From assembly GCA_043825875.1 (NCBI GenBank), contig JBDRRF010000086.1, positions 1 through 41,253 on the forward strand: DNA of 41,253 nucleotides. Direction: 5' to 3'. Made by a program: the position numbers and the translations under genes. Under the pieces are notes generated by a model, which did not search any database, was not told the DNA's origin, and was given only the letters and a program-made list of their open reading frames with translations. The DNA comes from Pseudomonadota bacterium. Lineage in GTDB: Bacteria; Desulfobacterota; Desulfobacteria; Desulfobacterales; RPRI01. This document shows, piece by piece, positions 27,312 to 38,144 of this stretch (within the stretch, counting starts at the first letter, position 1; the number at the start of each line of letters is the position of its first letter).

Positions 27312-27858
27312 GGATTAAAATAGAATATCAGTTCCCTTTAGTTTAGAGAGTTTGTTTCAGACTGGAGTTTAAATTGAATCTATCAGTTTATTACCTTTGC
27401 CCAAAACAACTCCGACTGGATTCTATTTTGTTATCACTTAAAAATCAATACATATTTAGCATTGGTTTTGGTGTAAAAACAGGGAATGGCAATAATAATT
27501 GTTGTCTATATAATTAGTGTGTTATACCGATTAAAAGCAATTGCATTAATAAGTTTAAGTTAATAAAATAATATAGGTTGGCAGACTCCTCTAAAATCCA
27601 TAATTACCAAAGAACGACAAAAACATTGCCGGGGGAGAAATAAGCACCACTTGAGCTTGCACGGTTCACATATTTCCCTATACTTTGCTGGAAATACGGG
27701 AGAAATGTAATCAATAAAATACCTTAAAGAGATAGCTATCCCACGGCAGAGGGCACTAATTTACTTGACTTACAGATAGCTGACAAACCTTTTCTCAGCA
27801 AGGTTTTAAATATTAATTTAACTACTTGTTCAACTTGTTAAACACAGCCATTAGCGGA

Positions 27859-30384
27859 TTATTTACCACAGCATTTTTTATATTTATTCCCACTTCCACA
27901 GGGACAAGGATCGTTTCTCCCAACTTTTTTATCTTCTCTTTTTACCGGCTTTTTTGAAACAGAGTCATCACCGCCTGAAAATATTAGCTTTTGTTCTTTT
28001 GGCTTACTGATATCATCAATTTTTTCCGGCTCGGATATCTGTATTCTAAATAATATATTAACAACTTCATCCTTTACCCTGGATATCATATCCTGAAACA
28101 GCTCAAAGCCCTCTTTTTTATATACAATAAGCGGATTCTGCTGTGCATAGCCTCTTAATCCTATACCTTCTTTGAGATGATCCATTGAAAGGAGATGATC
28201 CTTCCACATGCCATCCACTGTCTGCAACATAACAATTCTTTCAAGTTGTCTGAAATTATCATCTTCTATCTGGCTTTCTTTCTGATTATAAACTGCCATA
28301 GCTTCATCAAATATGATCTGCTCAAGATCTTCTCCGGTTAAATTCTCAAGAATTTCGGCACTTATATTATTTAAGCGAAAATTAAATTGTGCAAAAACCG
28401 CTTCAGACAAACCCTTTATATCCCACTCTTCGGGAAGCACCTTTTCGTCTGCATACAGCAAAGCAATTTCCTCAGACTTTTCAAGTATCATGCTCTCTAT
28501 AGAAGGTTTCAAACTTTGTCCGTTTAGTGCTTCACGCCTTTGTTTATATATAACTTCTCTTTGCTGGTTCATTACATCATCATATTCAAGAAGTTGCTTT
28601 CTTATGTCAAAATTGTGCCCTTCAACCTTTGCCTGGGCATTTTCTATTGCTCTGCTTATAAGCCCGTGTTCTATTGGTTCTCCTTCCTGCATACCAAGTT
28701 TTTCCATTATGCCGGTAATGCGTTCCCCGCCAAAAATTCTGAGCAAATCGTCCTCTAAAGCAAGATAAAAACGGGAAGATCCAGGATCACCCTGTCTGCC
28801 TGAACGCCCACGAAGCTGGTTATCTATGCGCCTGCTTTCATGTCTTTCCGTTCCCAACACATGAAGCCCGCCAAGCTCGGTTACACCTTCTCCCAAAACT
28901 ATATCTGTTCCACGCCCGGCCATGTTTGTTGAAATGGTTACAGCACCTTTTTGGCCTGCCATAGAAATAATTTCGGCTTCTTTTTCATGGTTTTTGGCAT
29001 TTAATACCGTATGCTTAATTCCTCTTTTTTTAAGCTTAGTACTCAGATTTTCCGAAACATCTATAGAAACAGTTCCCACAAGAACGGGTTGGCCTTTTTT
29101 GTTGAGTTCGGCAATTTCATCTATAGCTGCTTCAAACTTCTCTTTTTTTGTTTTATAGATAGCATCCGGAAAATCTTTTCTTACCATCGGCATATTTGTG
29201 GGAATAACAGCTACATCAAGATTATAAATTTTCTTAAACTCAGCGGCTTCGGTATCCGCTGTTCCCGTCATACCGGAAAGCTTATTATACATCCTGAAGT
29301 AGTTCTGGAATGTAATAGTAGCTAAGGTCTGGTTTTCGTTTTCTATCTTTACATTTTCCTTCGCCTCGAGAGCTTGATGCAAACCATCGCTGTAGCGCCG
29401 TCCGGGCATCAAACGACCCGTAAATTCATCAACTATGATAACCTCGCCCTCTTTTACAATGTAATCAACATCCAGTTTAAACAATGTATGGGCCTTTAAT
29501 GCCTGATTGACATGGTGCAATAGCTCTATATTCTTAGGGTCATAAATATTACTTACCTTCAGCAAATTTTCGGCTTTAGCAATGCCTTCCTCAGTCAATG
29601 CTACTGATCTGGCTTTTTCATCAATAGAATAATCTTTCTCTTTCTTAAGGCCGGGAACTATTCCATTAACCATATAATACATATCGGTCGATTTTTCAGC
29701 AGGGCCTGAAATAATAAGCGGGGTTCTTGCTTCATCAACTAATATACTATCTACCTCATCTACTACCGCAAAATTCAGCTCCGGCTGAACAAGGGATTCC
29801 CAGTCGTACTTCATATTATCTCTCAAATAATCAAAGCCAAACTCATTATTTGTTCCATAAGTAATATCCGAATTGTAAGATATTTTTCGTTCATAATCTG
29901 TTAAGCCATGTAAAATTGTCCCAACTGAAAGATTGAGGAAATTATAGATATTGCCCATCCACTCGGCATCACGTTTTGCCAGATAATCATTTACGGTTAT
30001 GATATGAACCCCTTTTCCGGATAAAGCATTCAGATATGCCGGCAAAGTGGATGCAAGCGTTTTCCCTTCGCCAGTCTTCATTTCAGCTATTTTACCGGCA
30101 TGAAGAACCATTCCTCCGATCAACTGAACATCAAAGTGCCTCATTTTAAGGGTTCTAAGAGAAGCTTCTCTGACCACTGCAAAAGCTTCCGGAAGTATTT
30201 CATCAAGACTTTCACCGCGTTCGATTCTTTCCTTAAATAGCGCTGTCTGGGATTTTAATTCATCATCACTTAAGGACTGAAATTTTGGCTCGAGAGAATT
30301 TATAGTTTCAACAATCGGTCTTAGTTTATTAATTTCCCGCTCATTTTTGCTGCCAAATATTTTCGTCAGTAAACTTCCTATCAT
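27859..30384 (-). CDS. secA: Preprotein translocase ATPase SecA
   Basis: [42 protein letters not shown] motif [19 protein letters not shown]. Confidence 0.98.
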   Translation of the reverse strand: MIGSLLTKIFGSKNEREINKLRPIVETINSLEPKFQSLSDDELKSQTALFKERIERGESLDEILPEAFAVVREASLRTLKMRHFDVQLIGGMVLHAGKIAEMKTGEGKTLASTLPAYLNALSGKGVHIITVNDYLAKRDAEWMGNIYNFLNLSVGTILHGLTDYERKISYNSDITYGTNNEFGFDYLRDNMKYDWESLVQPELNFAVVDEVDSILVDEARTPLIISGPAEKSTDMYYMVNGIVPGLKKEKDYSIDEKARSVALTEEGIAKAENLLKVSNIYDPKNIELLHHVNQALKAHTLFKLDVDYIVKEGEVIIVDEFTGRLMPGRRYSDGLHQALEAKENVKIENENQTLATITFQNYFRMYNKLSGMTGTADTEAAEFKKIYNLDVAVIPTNMPMVRKDFPDAIYKTKKEKFEAAIDEIAELNKKGQPVLVGTVSIDVSENLSTKLKKRGIKHTVLNAKNHEKEAEIISMAGQKGAVTISTNMAGRGTDIVLGEGVTELGGLHVLGTERHESRRIDNQLRGRSGRQGDPGSSRFYLALEDDLLRIFGGERITGIMEKLGMQEGEPIEHGLISRAIENAQAKVEGHNFDIRKQLLEYDDVMNQQREVIYKQRREALNGQSLKPSIESMILEKSEEIALLYADEKVLPEEWDIKGLSEAVFAQFNFRLNNISAEILENLTGEDLEQIIFDEAMAVYNQKESQIEDDNFRQLERIVMLQTVDGMWKDHLLSMDHLKEGIGLRGYAQQNPLIVYKKEGFELFQDMISRVKDEVVNILFRIQISEPEKIDDISKPKEQKLIFSGGDDSVSKKPVKREDKKVGRNDPCPCGSGNKYKKCCGK

Positions 30385-30557
30385 TATATATTTCCTTGAG
30401 TTTAAAGAATGTTGACACGGACAAACACTAAAATAACCGGTTTAAAATATAAAATAAAGAATGGCTTCATAAATATATATAAGAAATTAGTGTGATATCA
30501 TTAACAAGTGGACCATTTTTATCAATTGCATAGCAGAAGATTGTATAGCATACCGCC

Positions 30558-31481
30558 TCAATTTAAGATATATTTTTTTGGATTAACAGAAACGCTATTT
30601 AGACGAACTTCATAATGAACATGAGGACCTGTGCTTCGCCCTGTATTGCCGATACGTGCTATTGTCTCACCTCTTTTCACAATACTGCCGGGTTTTTTTA
30701 GTATCTTGCTAGTATGTCCATAATAGGTAATCATTCCATGCCCATGATTAATTACTATTGTTTTACCAAACGAGCCCATGTATCCGGTTTTAGAAACAAT
30801 ACCATCGCCTGTAGCAACTATTGGAGTTCCTTTGGTAGAGGCAATATCAATTCCTTTATGGAATTCTCTTTTACCTGTAAAAGGTGCGGTGCGGTATCCG
30901 AATGTTGATGATACACTACCGGATGCCGGCCTTATAGAAGGTGTTGCGGAAAGAAGTTTATGTTGTTCTTCAAAAAAAGATAATATGGATTTAAATTCTT
31001 CATGTTGCCTGTTTGCAGCAAAATTTATTTCCGCAACTTGTTCATGCATTTCACTCATTAAATTGGCATGTTTTTCAGTAAGAGCTTTTGTTGTATCCAT
31101 ATTTTCAGGGTTAGAGCCCCCAATACCCAAAATGGCTTCTTGTTTTTTCCTTTTAATATTTGCCATAGCTCTAATTTTTTTTTCAAACTCGTGCAGGGTT
31201 GTAAGTTTTGATTTAATATCTTTAATTTCATCTGCGTAAAGCTGTATCTGTCTACGTTGGCCGTTTAATTCCTTTTCCTGTTTCAAAACCGTTTCTCTAA
31301 GATAAATATTATTATTGGTAGTTTTTTTTAAAGTAATGTAATCATAAATTAAATACACCATAAATATCGCTAATACGGACAGAAGAAAACAAGAGAAACG
31401 AACTATATTGATAGATGCTGAAATTTGTTTTATTGTTGAGCCATTATTTTTAAACGAAAGTAAAAATTTTTTCTTTTTCAC
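30558..31481 (-). CDS. M23 family metallopeptidase (membrane anchor + coiled coil)
   Basis: HKGID (HxxxD) and STGPHVHYEV (HxH) motifs; N-terminal TM segment. Confidence 0.92.
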   Translation of the reverse strand: MKKKKFLLSFKNNGSTIKQISASINIVRFSCFLLSVLAIFMVYLIYDYITLKKTTNNNIYLRETVLKQEKELNGQRRQIQLYADEIKDIKSKLTTLHEFEKKIRAMANIKRKKQEAILGIGGSNPENMDTTKALTEKHANLMSEMHEQVAEINFAANRQHEEFKSILSFFEEQHKLLSATPSIRPASGSVSSTFGYRTAPFTGKREFHKGIDIASTKGTPIVATGDGIVSKTGYMGSFGKTIVINHGHGMITYYGHTSKILKKPGSIVKRGETIARIGNTGRSTGPHVHYEVRLNSVSVNPKKYILN

Positions 31482-31786
31482 ACCAAACGAACCTTTTTAT
31501 GTTCTATTGTATTAAAAATATAAAATTCAAGCCTAATTAATAGAATAGATGTTTTTATTATCCCACAAGATCTTAAAAGATCTTTACAAATCCACAGCAG
31601 CCTTAGTGCTGCATAACCATCAGAATTTATTTATAAAATTTGAATTGATACCACAAGCAAAAAACCCTGTCAAGTTTTTTTATAACCCATTTATTTTGCA
31701 GCCCAAAAAAGAAAGTGACAATTTTAACTTTGGACTTATACTAAAGAAATTAGGGTATAATTAATTCTTAAAACTAGGAGGAAGCA

Positions 31787-32782
31787 ATGGTACCATTTTC
31801 CGGAATCACTGTTTTTGATGGGGCTTATAAAGATATATTGATGCCTGGAACAAAAGAAGTGCTTTCCTGCGCTAAAAAATTGGCCAATAAGTTGGATGAA
31901 AAAGTCAATTGCATACTTTTTGGCGAAGGTCTTAATGAAGCACCCAAAGAAGCTGTAGCCTTTGGCGCCGATAATGTTTTTATCGCCGATAACTCTATGC
32001 TTAAAGAATATCACCCTGATATATATAGTATTGCCCTTGAACAAGTATTTAAGCAAACCTCTTTTCGATGCATCATTTTAAGCCATACCGCCATAGGTGC
32101 AGACATTGCACCACGGCTTTCATTTAAACTTGGCTGCGATATTTTTACAGATTGCGTTGAGATTAATTTTGATAAAGAAACCGAAACGTTTAATCCCGTC
32201 CATCCAATATATGGAGGTAAAATACATGCTGTTTTTTCATCTTCAGGTTCGCAGCTTATAGTAACCTTGAGGCAAAAATCATTTGAACCTCTTGAAAGAG
32301 ACGATAGCAGGAAAGGAAAAATAATTCCTGTTAAAGTTGATATTGATCCTGCAATGATCAAAATAAAAGCAATAAAAAAGATAAAAGAAGAAACAAAAGG
32401 CGTCAGATTGGAAACCGCCCCTGTTGTTATTACCGGCGGCAGAGGTATAGGTAACAAGGATGATTTTAAATACTTGAAAGAACTTGCCGAAATAATGAGC
32501 GGAGCTGTTGGCGGTTCACGTCCTGCCGCAGACAATGGCTGGGTGCCGGCAACTTCTAAGGTGGGGCTTACAGGCAAAATTGTAGCCCCAGAAATATATA
32601 TAGCCATTGGCGTATCCGGCGCAAGTCAGCATCTGGCAGGCTGCATAGGTTCGAAAAACATAATTGCAATTAACAATGATCCCGGAGCAAACATATTTAA
32701 GGTAGCCCGATACGGTGTTGTAGGAGACTGGAAAGAAGTATTACCAGCCTTTACCGCAAAAGTCAGTGAATTGCTGGTCTGA
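31787..32782 (+). CDS. etfA: Electron transfer flavoprotein alpha subunit
   Basis: VVITGGRG, GAVGGSRPA, VGLTGKIVAP, GVSGASQHLAG, IAINND..ANIF..A.YGVVGD. Confidence 0.93.
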   Translation: MVPFSGITVFDGAYKDILMPGTKEVLSCAKKLANKLDEKVNCILFGEGLNEAPKEAVAFGADNVFIADNSMLKEYHPDIYSIALEQVFKQTSFRCIILSHTAIGADIAPRLSFKLGCDIFTDCVEINFDKETETFNPVHPIYGGKIHAVFSSSGSQLIVTLRQKSFEPLERDDSRKGKIIPVKVDIDPAMIKIKAIKKIKEETKGVRLETAPVVITGGRGIGNKDDFKYLKELAEIMSGAVGGSRPAADNGWVPATSKVGLTGKIVAPEIYIAIGVSGASQHLAGCIGSKNIIAINNDPGANIFKVARYGVVGDWKEVLPAFTAKVSELLV

Positions 32783-32806
32783 TAGCAGCAAAATGCTTTT
32801 GATAAT

Positions 32807-32948
32807 GAACCAGTTTCAAAACGTCCCATTTTAGCCGATCTCTGCGTAGGGCTCAAATTTCAATCCTCGAAATACTTAATGTATTCCTGTGGTTGAAATT
32901 TTCTCCCGCCTTGAGCTTGACCAAACTGAAACGTTTTGAAAGTGGCTC
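32807..32948. mobile_element. 142-bp MITE-like element, copy 2
   Basis: 7 substitutions relative to 20739-20880 (manual count), same orientation; flanked by ATAAT on both sides. Confidence 0.85.
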
Positions 32949-33086
32949 ATAATAATGAAGAATGTTATAGCATTTGTCAGAATAACGTTCCGATTACATC
33001 ACGTTCGAAACGCAAGGGTATGGTGGGTGTATAACCTTTCAAACGGAACAGATTTATGACAAACGCTATAAAAGCAAGGAGAAAAA

Positions 33087-33878
33087 ATGAGCCCCCATAT
33101 TATTGTTTGCGCAAAACAAATACTCGATCCCGAAGGACCTGTCTCAGGTTATGGAGTAAATTCCGATACTGGTCAGATAGTACTGCCAAAGGGTGTGCCC
33201 CCTGTGATAAATCCGTATGATGAGAATGCCATTGAAACTGCTCTTAAGCTCAAAGATACCAAACAAGCTAAAGTAACTGTAATAAGTTTGGGGAAGAATC
33301 TCTCAAGAGCAGTAATGAGCAAAGCTCTGGCGGTAGGTGCTGACAACTTGATTTTTCTACAGGACAATACTTTTGTAAACCTTGACAGCCGCAGCACGGC
33401 TTTTGTCATATCTGCCGGTATAAAAAAGATAGGAGATTATGACCTTGTGCTTGCCGGAAGGCAGGCGGGAGATACTGACTCAGCAATTGTTCCACACTAT
33501 ATCGCAGGTTTTCTGAATATACCCTGTATCAATCTCGTTAAAAAAGCAGAACTTCTTGAAAAAGCTGTACGGGTTGAACGAAGCTTGCCTGATGGCTATG
33601 AGGTACTTGAGGCAAATATGCCATCTTTGTTATCAATAACCGGCGGAGGCGATCTAAGAAAGGCCAACTTACAGCAAATTACAGATGCCAAAAAGAAGCC
33701 TGTTACCATCTGGACAGCTGATGACCTTGATATAGAAACTTCTGATATAAAACAAACAAGCTGGCAAAAGATATTTGTTCCCGACTATGAAGTTGAATGC
33801 AACTTTATAAAGGCAGATTCTCCTAAAGAGGCCGGAACAAAGCTTGCCTTGAAGCTAAAAGAGGATCAAATATTATAA
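33087..33878 (+). CDS. etfB: Electron transfer flavoprotein beta subunit
   Basis: IIVCAKQILDP, INPYDENAIETALKLK, ALAVGAD, DLVLAGRQAGD. Confidence 0.92.
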   Translation: MSPHIIVCAKQILDPEGPVSGYGVNSDTGQIVLPKGVPPVINPYDENAIETALKLKDTKQAKVTVISLGKNLSRAVMSKALAVGADNLIFLQDNTFVNLDSRSTAFVISAGIKKIGDYDLVLAGRQAGDTDSAIVPHYIAGFLNIPCINLVKKAELLEKAVRVERSLPDGYEVLEANMPSLLSITGGGDLRKANLQQITDAKKKPVTIWTADDLDIETSDIKQTSWQKIFVPDYEVECNFIKADSPKEAGTKLALKLKEDQIL

Positions 33879-34119
33879 TAATTACAGTTATTTCAATAGG
33901 AAATAAAAAGCGCCACACACAATTAAACGGTTACATACTATTACCACTTTAGCATAAAAGGCTTTCGCTGCTTATCGAATGAAATGCTTCTGCATCCTGC
34001 ACAAAAAGAAATTGCGTACGCGTTGAAAGTCTTAAAAAGGCACCGCTAACATAGTAAGTTTTAAGCATTTCGTCAAAAATGTGTGCGATTATATTGCAAT
34101 GAAAATTTGATTTTTTGGA

Positions 34120-34197
<78 letters not shown>

Positions 34198-34713
34198 ATT
34201 GTTGAAAAAATATATAATGGAGCCGTCATTTAGCATGCTTTATTTTTTACTGCAAGATGATATTTAAAAAAAAAGCGATTTTGTTAAATATTCGCAAAAA
34301 TTCATATAACAATATTATTGACCGGTTATTGCGTTATGGCCAAAAAGTTTTATAAGGTTTCGATATATTCCTGTTGTTGAAAGTCTTGCATTCAATTTGC
34401 TTGGGCACAATTATAGACTCTTCAATGACCTAATATTGATACGAGAAATTATAAATTATGGTATCCTGAATCAATTTAAAAAACAAACAGAAAGACAATT
34501 TCCTGCCATTCAAAACAGGTTATATCTTAATCGAATACAATATATTGACATAACAAGAACTTTATTCAATTTCGCTTGACACTAATAATTACTTTATATT
34601 AAGTGTATAAGTTGGTAATGTAAAGCTTGTAAGAAAATAATGTTTTCTTTAATTGAACACACAGCCTAAACTTGTTTGCTCAAAATTACAAAACCGATAA
34701 CATTTAACAATTT

Positions 34714-34800
34714 GCGAAAGTGGCGAAATTGGTAGACGCACTGGACTTAGGATCCAGCTCTGGCGACAGAGTGGGAGTTCAAATCTCCCCTTTCGCACCA
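34714..34800 (+). tRNA. tRNA-Leu(TAG)
   Basis: GCGAAAG acceptor, CTGGA-CTTAGGA-TCCAG anticodon arm, long variable arm, TTCAAATC, CCA end. Confidence 0.97.
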
Positions 34801-34868
34801 GTACTATTAAAATCAATTAAAAGTGAGTAGGCCAAAGGTCAGAGATTGTTTTATCAGAAAGGAAATTT

Positions 34869-36185
34869 ATGGAAGTTACTATAGAAGACATCAGTACAGT
34901 GAAGAAAATTCTGCATATTGAAATTCCACTGGATGTGGTTATGCAGGAAGTTGATAATGCCTATGATAACCTTAAAAAGACTGCAAAATTAAAAGGTTTT
35001 CGCCAGGGTAAAGCACCCCGTTCGGTTTTAGAAAGTTTTTTTAAAAAAGATGTTCATGCGGATGTATCGAATAAACTTCTTAAGGATTCATTTATTGATG
35101 CTATCAGAGAAAAAGACTTGAAAATTATTGGAGATCCGCAAATTGAACCACCTCAGCTTGATGAAAAATCACCATTTAAATATGAAGCAACTATAGAAAT
35201 TAGACCCGAAATTTCCGATATTGACTTTAAAGGCCTGAATCTTAAAAAAAGTATTTATCCCATTGGTGAAAAAGAAATTGAAGCTCAACTTAAAATGCTT
35301 CAGAAAAATCTTGCTCAACAAAAAACTATAGAAGAAGCCAGGCCTGCTGCTACCGGTGATTATGCTCTTATTACATATGAAGGCTTTAAAGACGGGGAGC
35401 CATTTAAAGAAACAGAAAAAACAGAAAACTATACAATGAAAATAGGTTTGGGGAATTTTACAAATGAGTTTGATAATAATGTTATAGGAATGAACCAGGG
35501 TGAAAATAAGGAAATAAGCATTCATTTCCCTGAAGACTATCATAACCCAAAACTTGCAAACCTTGACATAGTATTTAATGTCACTCTCAATGAAATAAGG
35601 GAAGAAATTCTGCCTGAAATAGATGATGAATTAGCTAAAAACTTCGGCGAAAATAAAACACTTGATGAACTGAAAAATATGATACATCAAAACCTGAAAA
35701 TAGGATATGATAAACGAGTTGACCAGGAATTAAATGAACAGATATTTAAGGATCTTATTTCAAAATCACCGTTTGAAGTTCCTGAAACGATGATACAATA
35801 TGAGCTTGAAAATATAATTTCGGATGCTGAAAGGTCTTTTGCTTACCACAATACAACATTGGAAGCGATGGGATTTACAAAGGAAATCCTTAAGGAAAAA
35901 TACATTGATGTTGCCGAAAAACAGGCAAAACGTCATCTCATATTAGATAAAATAATAGAGCAGGAAAAATTAACATTAAAAGATGAAGAGCTTGATGATG
36001 GTTTTAAAAAAATGTCTGAAGAATTCAATCAATCTGTTGAAGAAATAAAACAGTTTTATATCCAAAATACGGACAGACTCAATTATTTTAAACAAACCTT
36101 ACTTGAAAAAAGCGCTATCAATCTTATATTAGAAAAGAGCAACATCGAAAATGTTGAACCTGAATCAACGGAATCAAAAGAATAA
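34869..36185 (+). CDS. tig: Trigger factor
   Basis: GFRQGKAP ribosome-binding signature, FKBP region (FPEDYH..LA), position upstream of clpP. Confidence 0.95.
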   Translation: MEVTIEDISTVKKILHIEIPLDVVMQEVDNAYDNLKKTAKLKGFRQGKAPRSVLESFFKKDVHADVSNKLLKDSFIDAIREKDLKIIGDPQIEPPQLDEKSPFKYEATIEIRPEISDIDFKGLNLKKSIYPIGEKEIEAQLKMLQKNLAQQKTIEEARPAATGDYALITYEGFKDGEPFKETEKTENYTMKIGLGNFTNEFDNNVIGMNQGENKEISIHFPEDYHNPKLANLDIVFNVTLNEIREEILPEIDDELAKNFGENKTLDELKNMIHQNLKIGYDKRVDQELNEQIFKDLISKSPFEVPETMIQYELENIISDAERSFAYHNTTLEAMGFTKEILKEKYIDVAEKQAKRHLILDKIIEQEKLTLKDEELDDGFKKMSEEFNQSVEEIKQFYIQNTDRLNYFKQTLLEKSAINLILEKSNIENVEPESTESKE

Positions 36186-36257
36186 ATCAATTTATTTAAT
36201 TTATATTCCTTAATATCCAGGATTTGTTAACTACATCAAGTTAGAAGGAGAAATATT

Positions 36258-36878
36258 TTGCCACTTATACCTATGGTTATCGAGCAGAGCAGCAGGGGAG
36301 AACGTGCCTATGATATTTACTCACGGCTTTTAAAAGACAGGATTATATTTCTTGGAACAGCAATAAATGATGAAGTTGCTAACCTTATAATTGCCCAGCT
36401 GCTTTTCCTTGAATCTGAGGATCCTGAAAAAGATATTAATTTTTATATCAACTCGCCGGGTGGAATTGTAACTGCAGGTCTGGCTGTTTATGATACAATG
36501 CAGTATATAAAGTCTGATATTGCAACTGTATGTATAGGTCAGGCTGCAAGTATGGGGGCTCTTTTGCTGACAGCGGGAAATAAAGGAAAGCGTTACGCTC
36601 TTCCCAATGCGCGCATATTGATTCATCAACCCATGGGAGGATTTCAGGGCCAGGCTTCCGATATTGCCATCCAGGCTAGAGAAATATTAAGAATGAAAGA
36701 AACTTTAAATGAAATCTTAACCTTGCATACCGGGAAAGATATAAATCAAATACAGATAGATACAGATCGAGATTATTTTATGTCCGGCAAAGAAGCAAAA
36801 GAATATGGTCTTATAGATCATGTTATAACTAATAGAAATGACCTTGATAATATTGAAAAAGCCGGAGGCGCTAAATGA
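36258..36878 (+). CDS. clpP: ATP-dependent Clp protease proteolytic subunit
   Basis: [34 protein letters not shown] start after AAGGAG. Confidence 0.97.
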   Translation: MPLIPMVIEQSSRGERAYDIYSRLLKDRIIFLGTAINDEVANLIIAQLLFLESEDPEKDINFYINSPGGIVTAGLAVYDTMQYIKSDIATVCIGQAASMGALLLTAGNKGKRYALPNARILIHQPMGGFQGQASDIAIQAREILRMKETLNEILTLHTGKDINQIQIDTDRDYFMSGKEAKEYGLIDHVITNRNDLDNIEKAGGAK

Positions 36879-38119
36879 CCAAAAAGAGCAATGACAGTGA
36901 TAGTCTTTTTTGCTCATTCTGTGGAAAAAATCAGAAAGAAGTTACAAAGCTGATTGCAGGCCCTGCTGTTTATATATGCAATGAATGTATCCAGCTTTGC
37001 AGCGAAATTATTGAAGAAGAAACTGATAAAGCCACTATTGAGCAGGAAACTCTTTTAGTTCCAAAACAAATAAAAGAAATGCTGGATGACTATGTTATTG
37101 AGCAGGATTATGCCAAAAAGATTCTATCTGTGGCTGTATATAATCATTACAAGAGACTTAATTCTGACATCAGCAAAGGAAATGTTGAATTACAAAAAAG
37201 CAATATATTGCTGATAGGCCCCACCGGTACAGGCAAAACACTGCTGGCTCAAACTCTGGCCAGATTCTTAAATGTTCCATTTACTATAGCCGATGCAACA
37301 AGCCTTACCGAAGCAGGTTATGTAGGCGAAGATGTTGAAAATATAATTTTATCTTTGCTGCAAAATGCTGACTATGATGTTGAAAAATGTAAGCGTGGAA
37401 TCGTTTATATTGATGAAATAGACAAGATAGCTGCAAAATCCGACAATCCTTCAATAACACGTGATGTTTCAGGTGAAGGTGTTCAGCAGGCACTCTTAAA
37501 AATTATAGAAGGAACTACAGCAAGCGTACCTCCGAAAGGAGGACGGAAACATCCCCAGCAGGATTTTGTAAAAGTAGATACAATAGATATACTTTTTATT
37601 TGCGGCGGTACATTTAATGGGCTTGATCAGATAATACAAAAAAGACTCGGATCAAAGTCAATGGGTTTTGGCGCAAAAATAGCCCCTAAGGAAAACAAAA
37701 GTAAAAGTGAATTATTAAAAATGGTTCAGCCCGAAGACCTTATTAAGTTCGGATTGATTCCCGAGTTTTTAGGGCGTCTTCCAGTTGTTGCTTCTTTGGA
37801 AGAATTGAGCGAGGCTTCACTTATACGAATTTTGACAGAGCCTAAAAATGCACTTATAAATCAATTTAAAAAGCTTTTTGAAATGGAAGATATTAATTTA
37901 CGGTTTACTGACAGTGCGTTATCTGCCATCGCAAAAGAAGCTCAAAAGCGTAAATCAGGGGCAAGAGGACTTCGTGCGGTTCTCGAAAGCAGCCTCCTTG
38001 ATATAATGTATGAAATCCCTTCGGCAAAAAATGTAAAAGAATGTGTAATCAGCGAAGATGTCATCAATAACAAGGAAGAACCGATCTTATTGTTTGAGCA
38101 ATCAAAAAAGCAGGCTTAA
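36875..38119 (+). CDS. clpX: ATP-dependent Clp protease ATP-binding subunit
   Basis: CSFCGK zinc finger, [35 protein letters not shown] loop. Confidence 0.97.
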   Translation: MTKKSNDSDSLFCSFCGKNQKEVTKLIAGPAVYICNECIQLCSEIIEEETDKATIEQETLLVPKQIKEMLDDYVIEQDYAKKILSVAVYNHYKRLNSDISKGNVELQKSNILLIGPTGTGKTLLAQTLARFLNVPFTIADATSLTEAGYVGEDVENIILSLLQNADYDVEKCKRGIVYIDEIDKIAAKSDNPSITRDVSGEGVQQALLKIIEGTTASVPPKGGRKHPQQDFVKVDTIDILFICGGTFNGLDQIIQKRLGSKSMGFGAKIAPKENKSKSELLKMVQPEDLIKFGLIPEFLGRLPVVASLEELSEASLIRILTEPKNALINQFKKLFEMEDINLRFTDSALSAIAKEAQKRKSGARGLRAVLESSLLDIMYEIPSAKNVKECVISEDVINNKEEPILLFEQSKKQA

Positions 38120-38144
38120 CCTTAAAATTATAAATAGTTGACTT

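Noticed and set aside
27320..27415. Apparent decayed repeat fragment upstream of the 792-aa gene (VVLGKGNK ... KGTDI on the minus strand)
   Set aside because: Spacing between the two matches is 16 codons instead of 8, with two stops; cannot be distinguished from chance.
27731..27781. SAM-I-like (CTATC...GGCAGAGGG...GATAG) or c-di-AMP-like (GTCAGCTA) riboswitch
   Set aside because: Too short, lacks the P2/P3 and other conserved elements; the SAM-like reading is on the strand with no downstream gene.
31549..31764. 71-aa ORF between the M23 gene and etfA
   Set aside because: AT-rich divergent promoter region, no RBS or recognisable motif.
32626..32856. 76-aa minus-strand ORF
   Set aside because: Starts inside the MITE and runs antisense to etfA.
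34397..34579. 60-aa ORF between tRNA-Pro and tRNA-Leu
   Set aside because: TTG start, no RBS, AT-rich promoter-like DNA.
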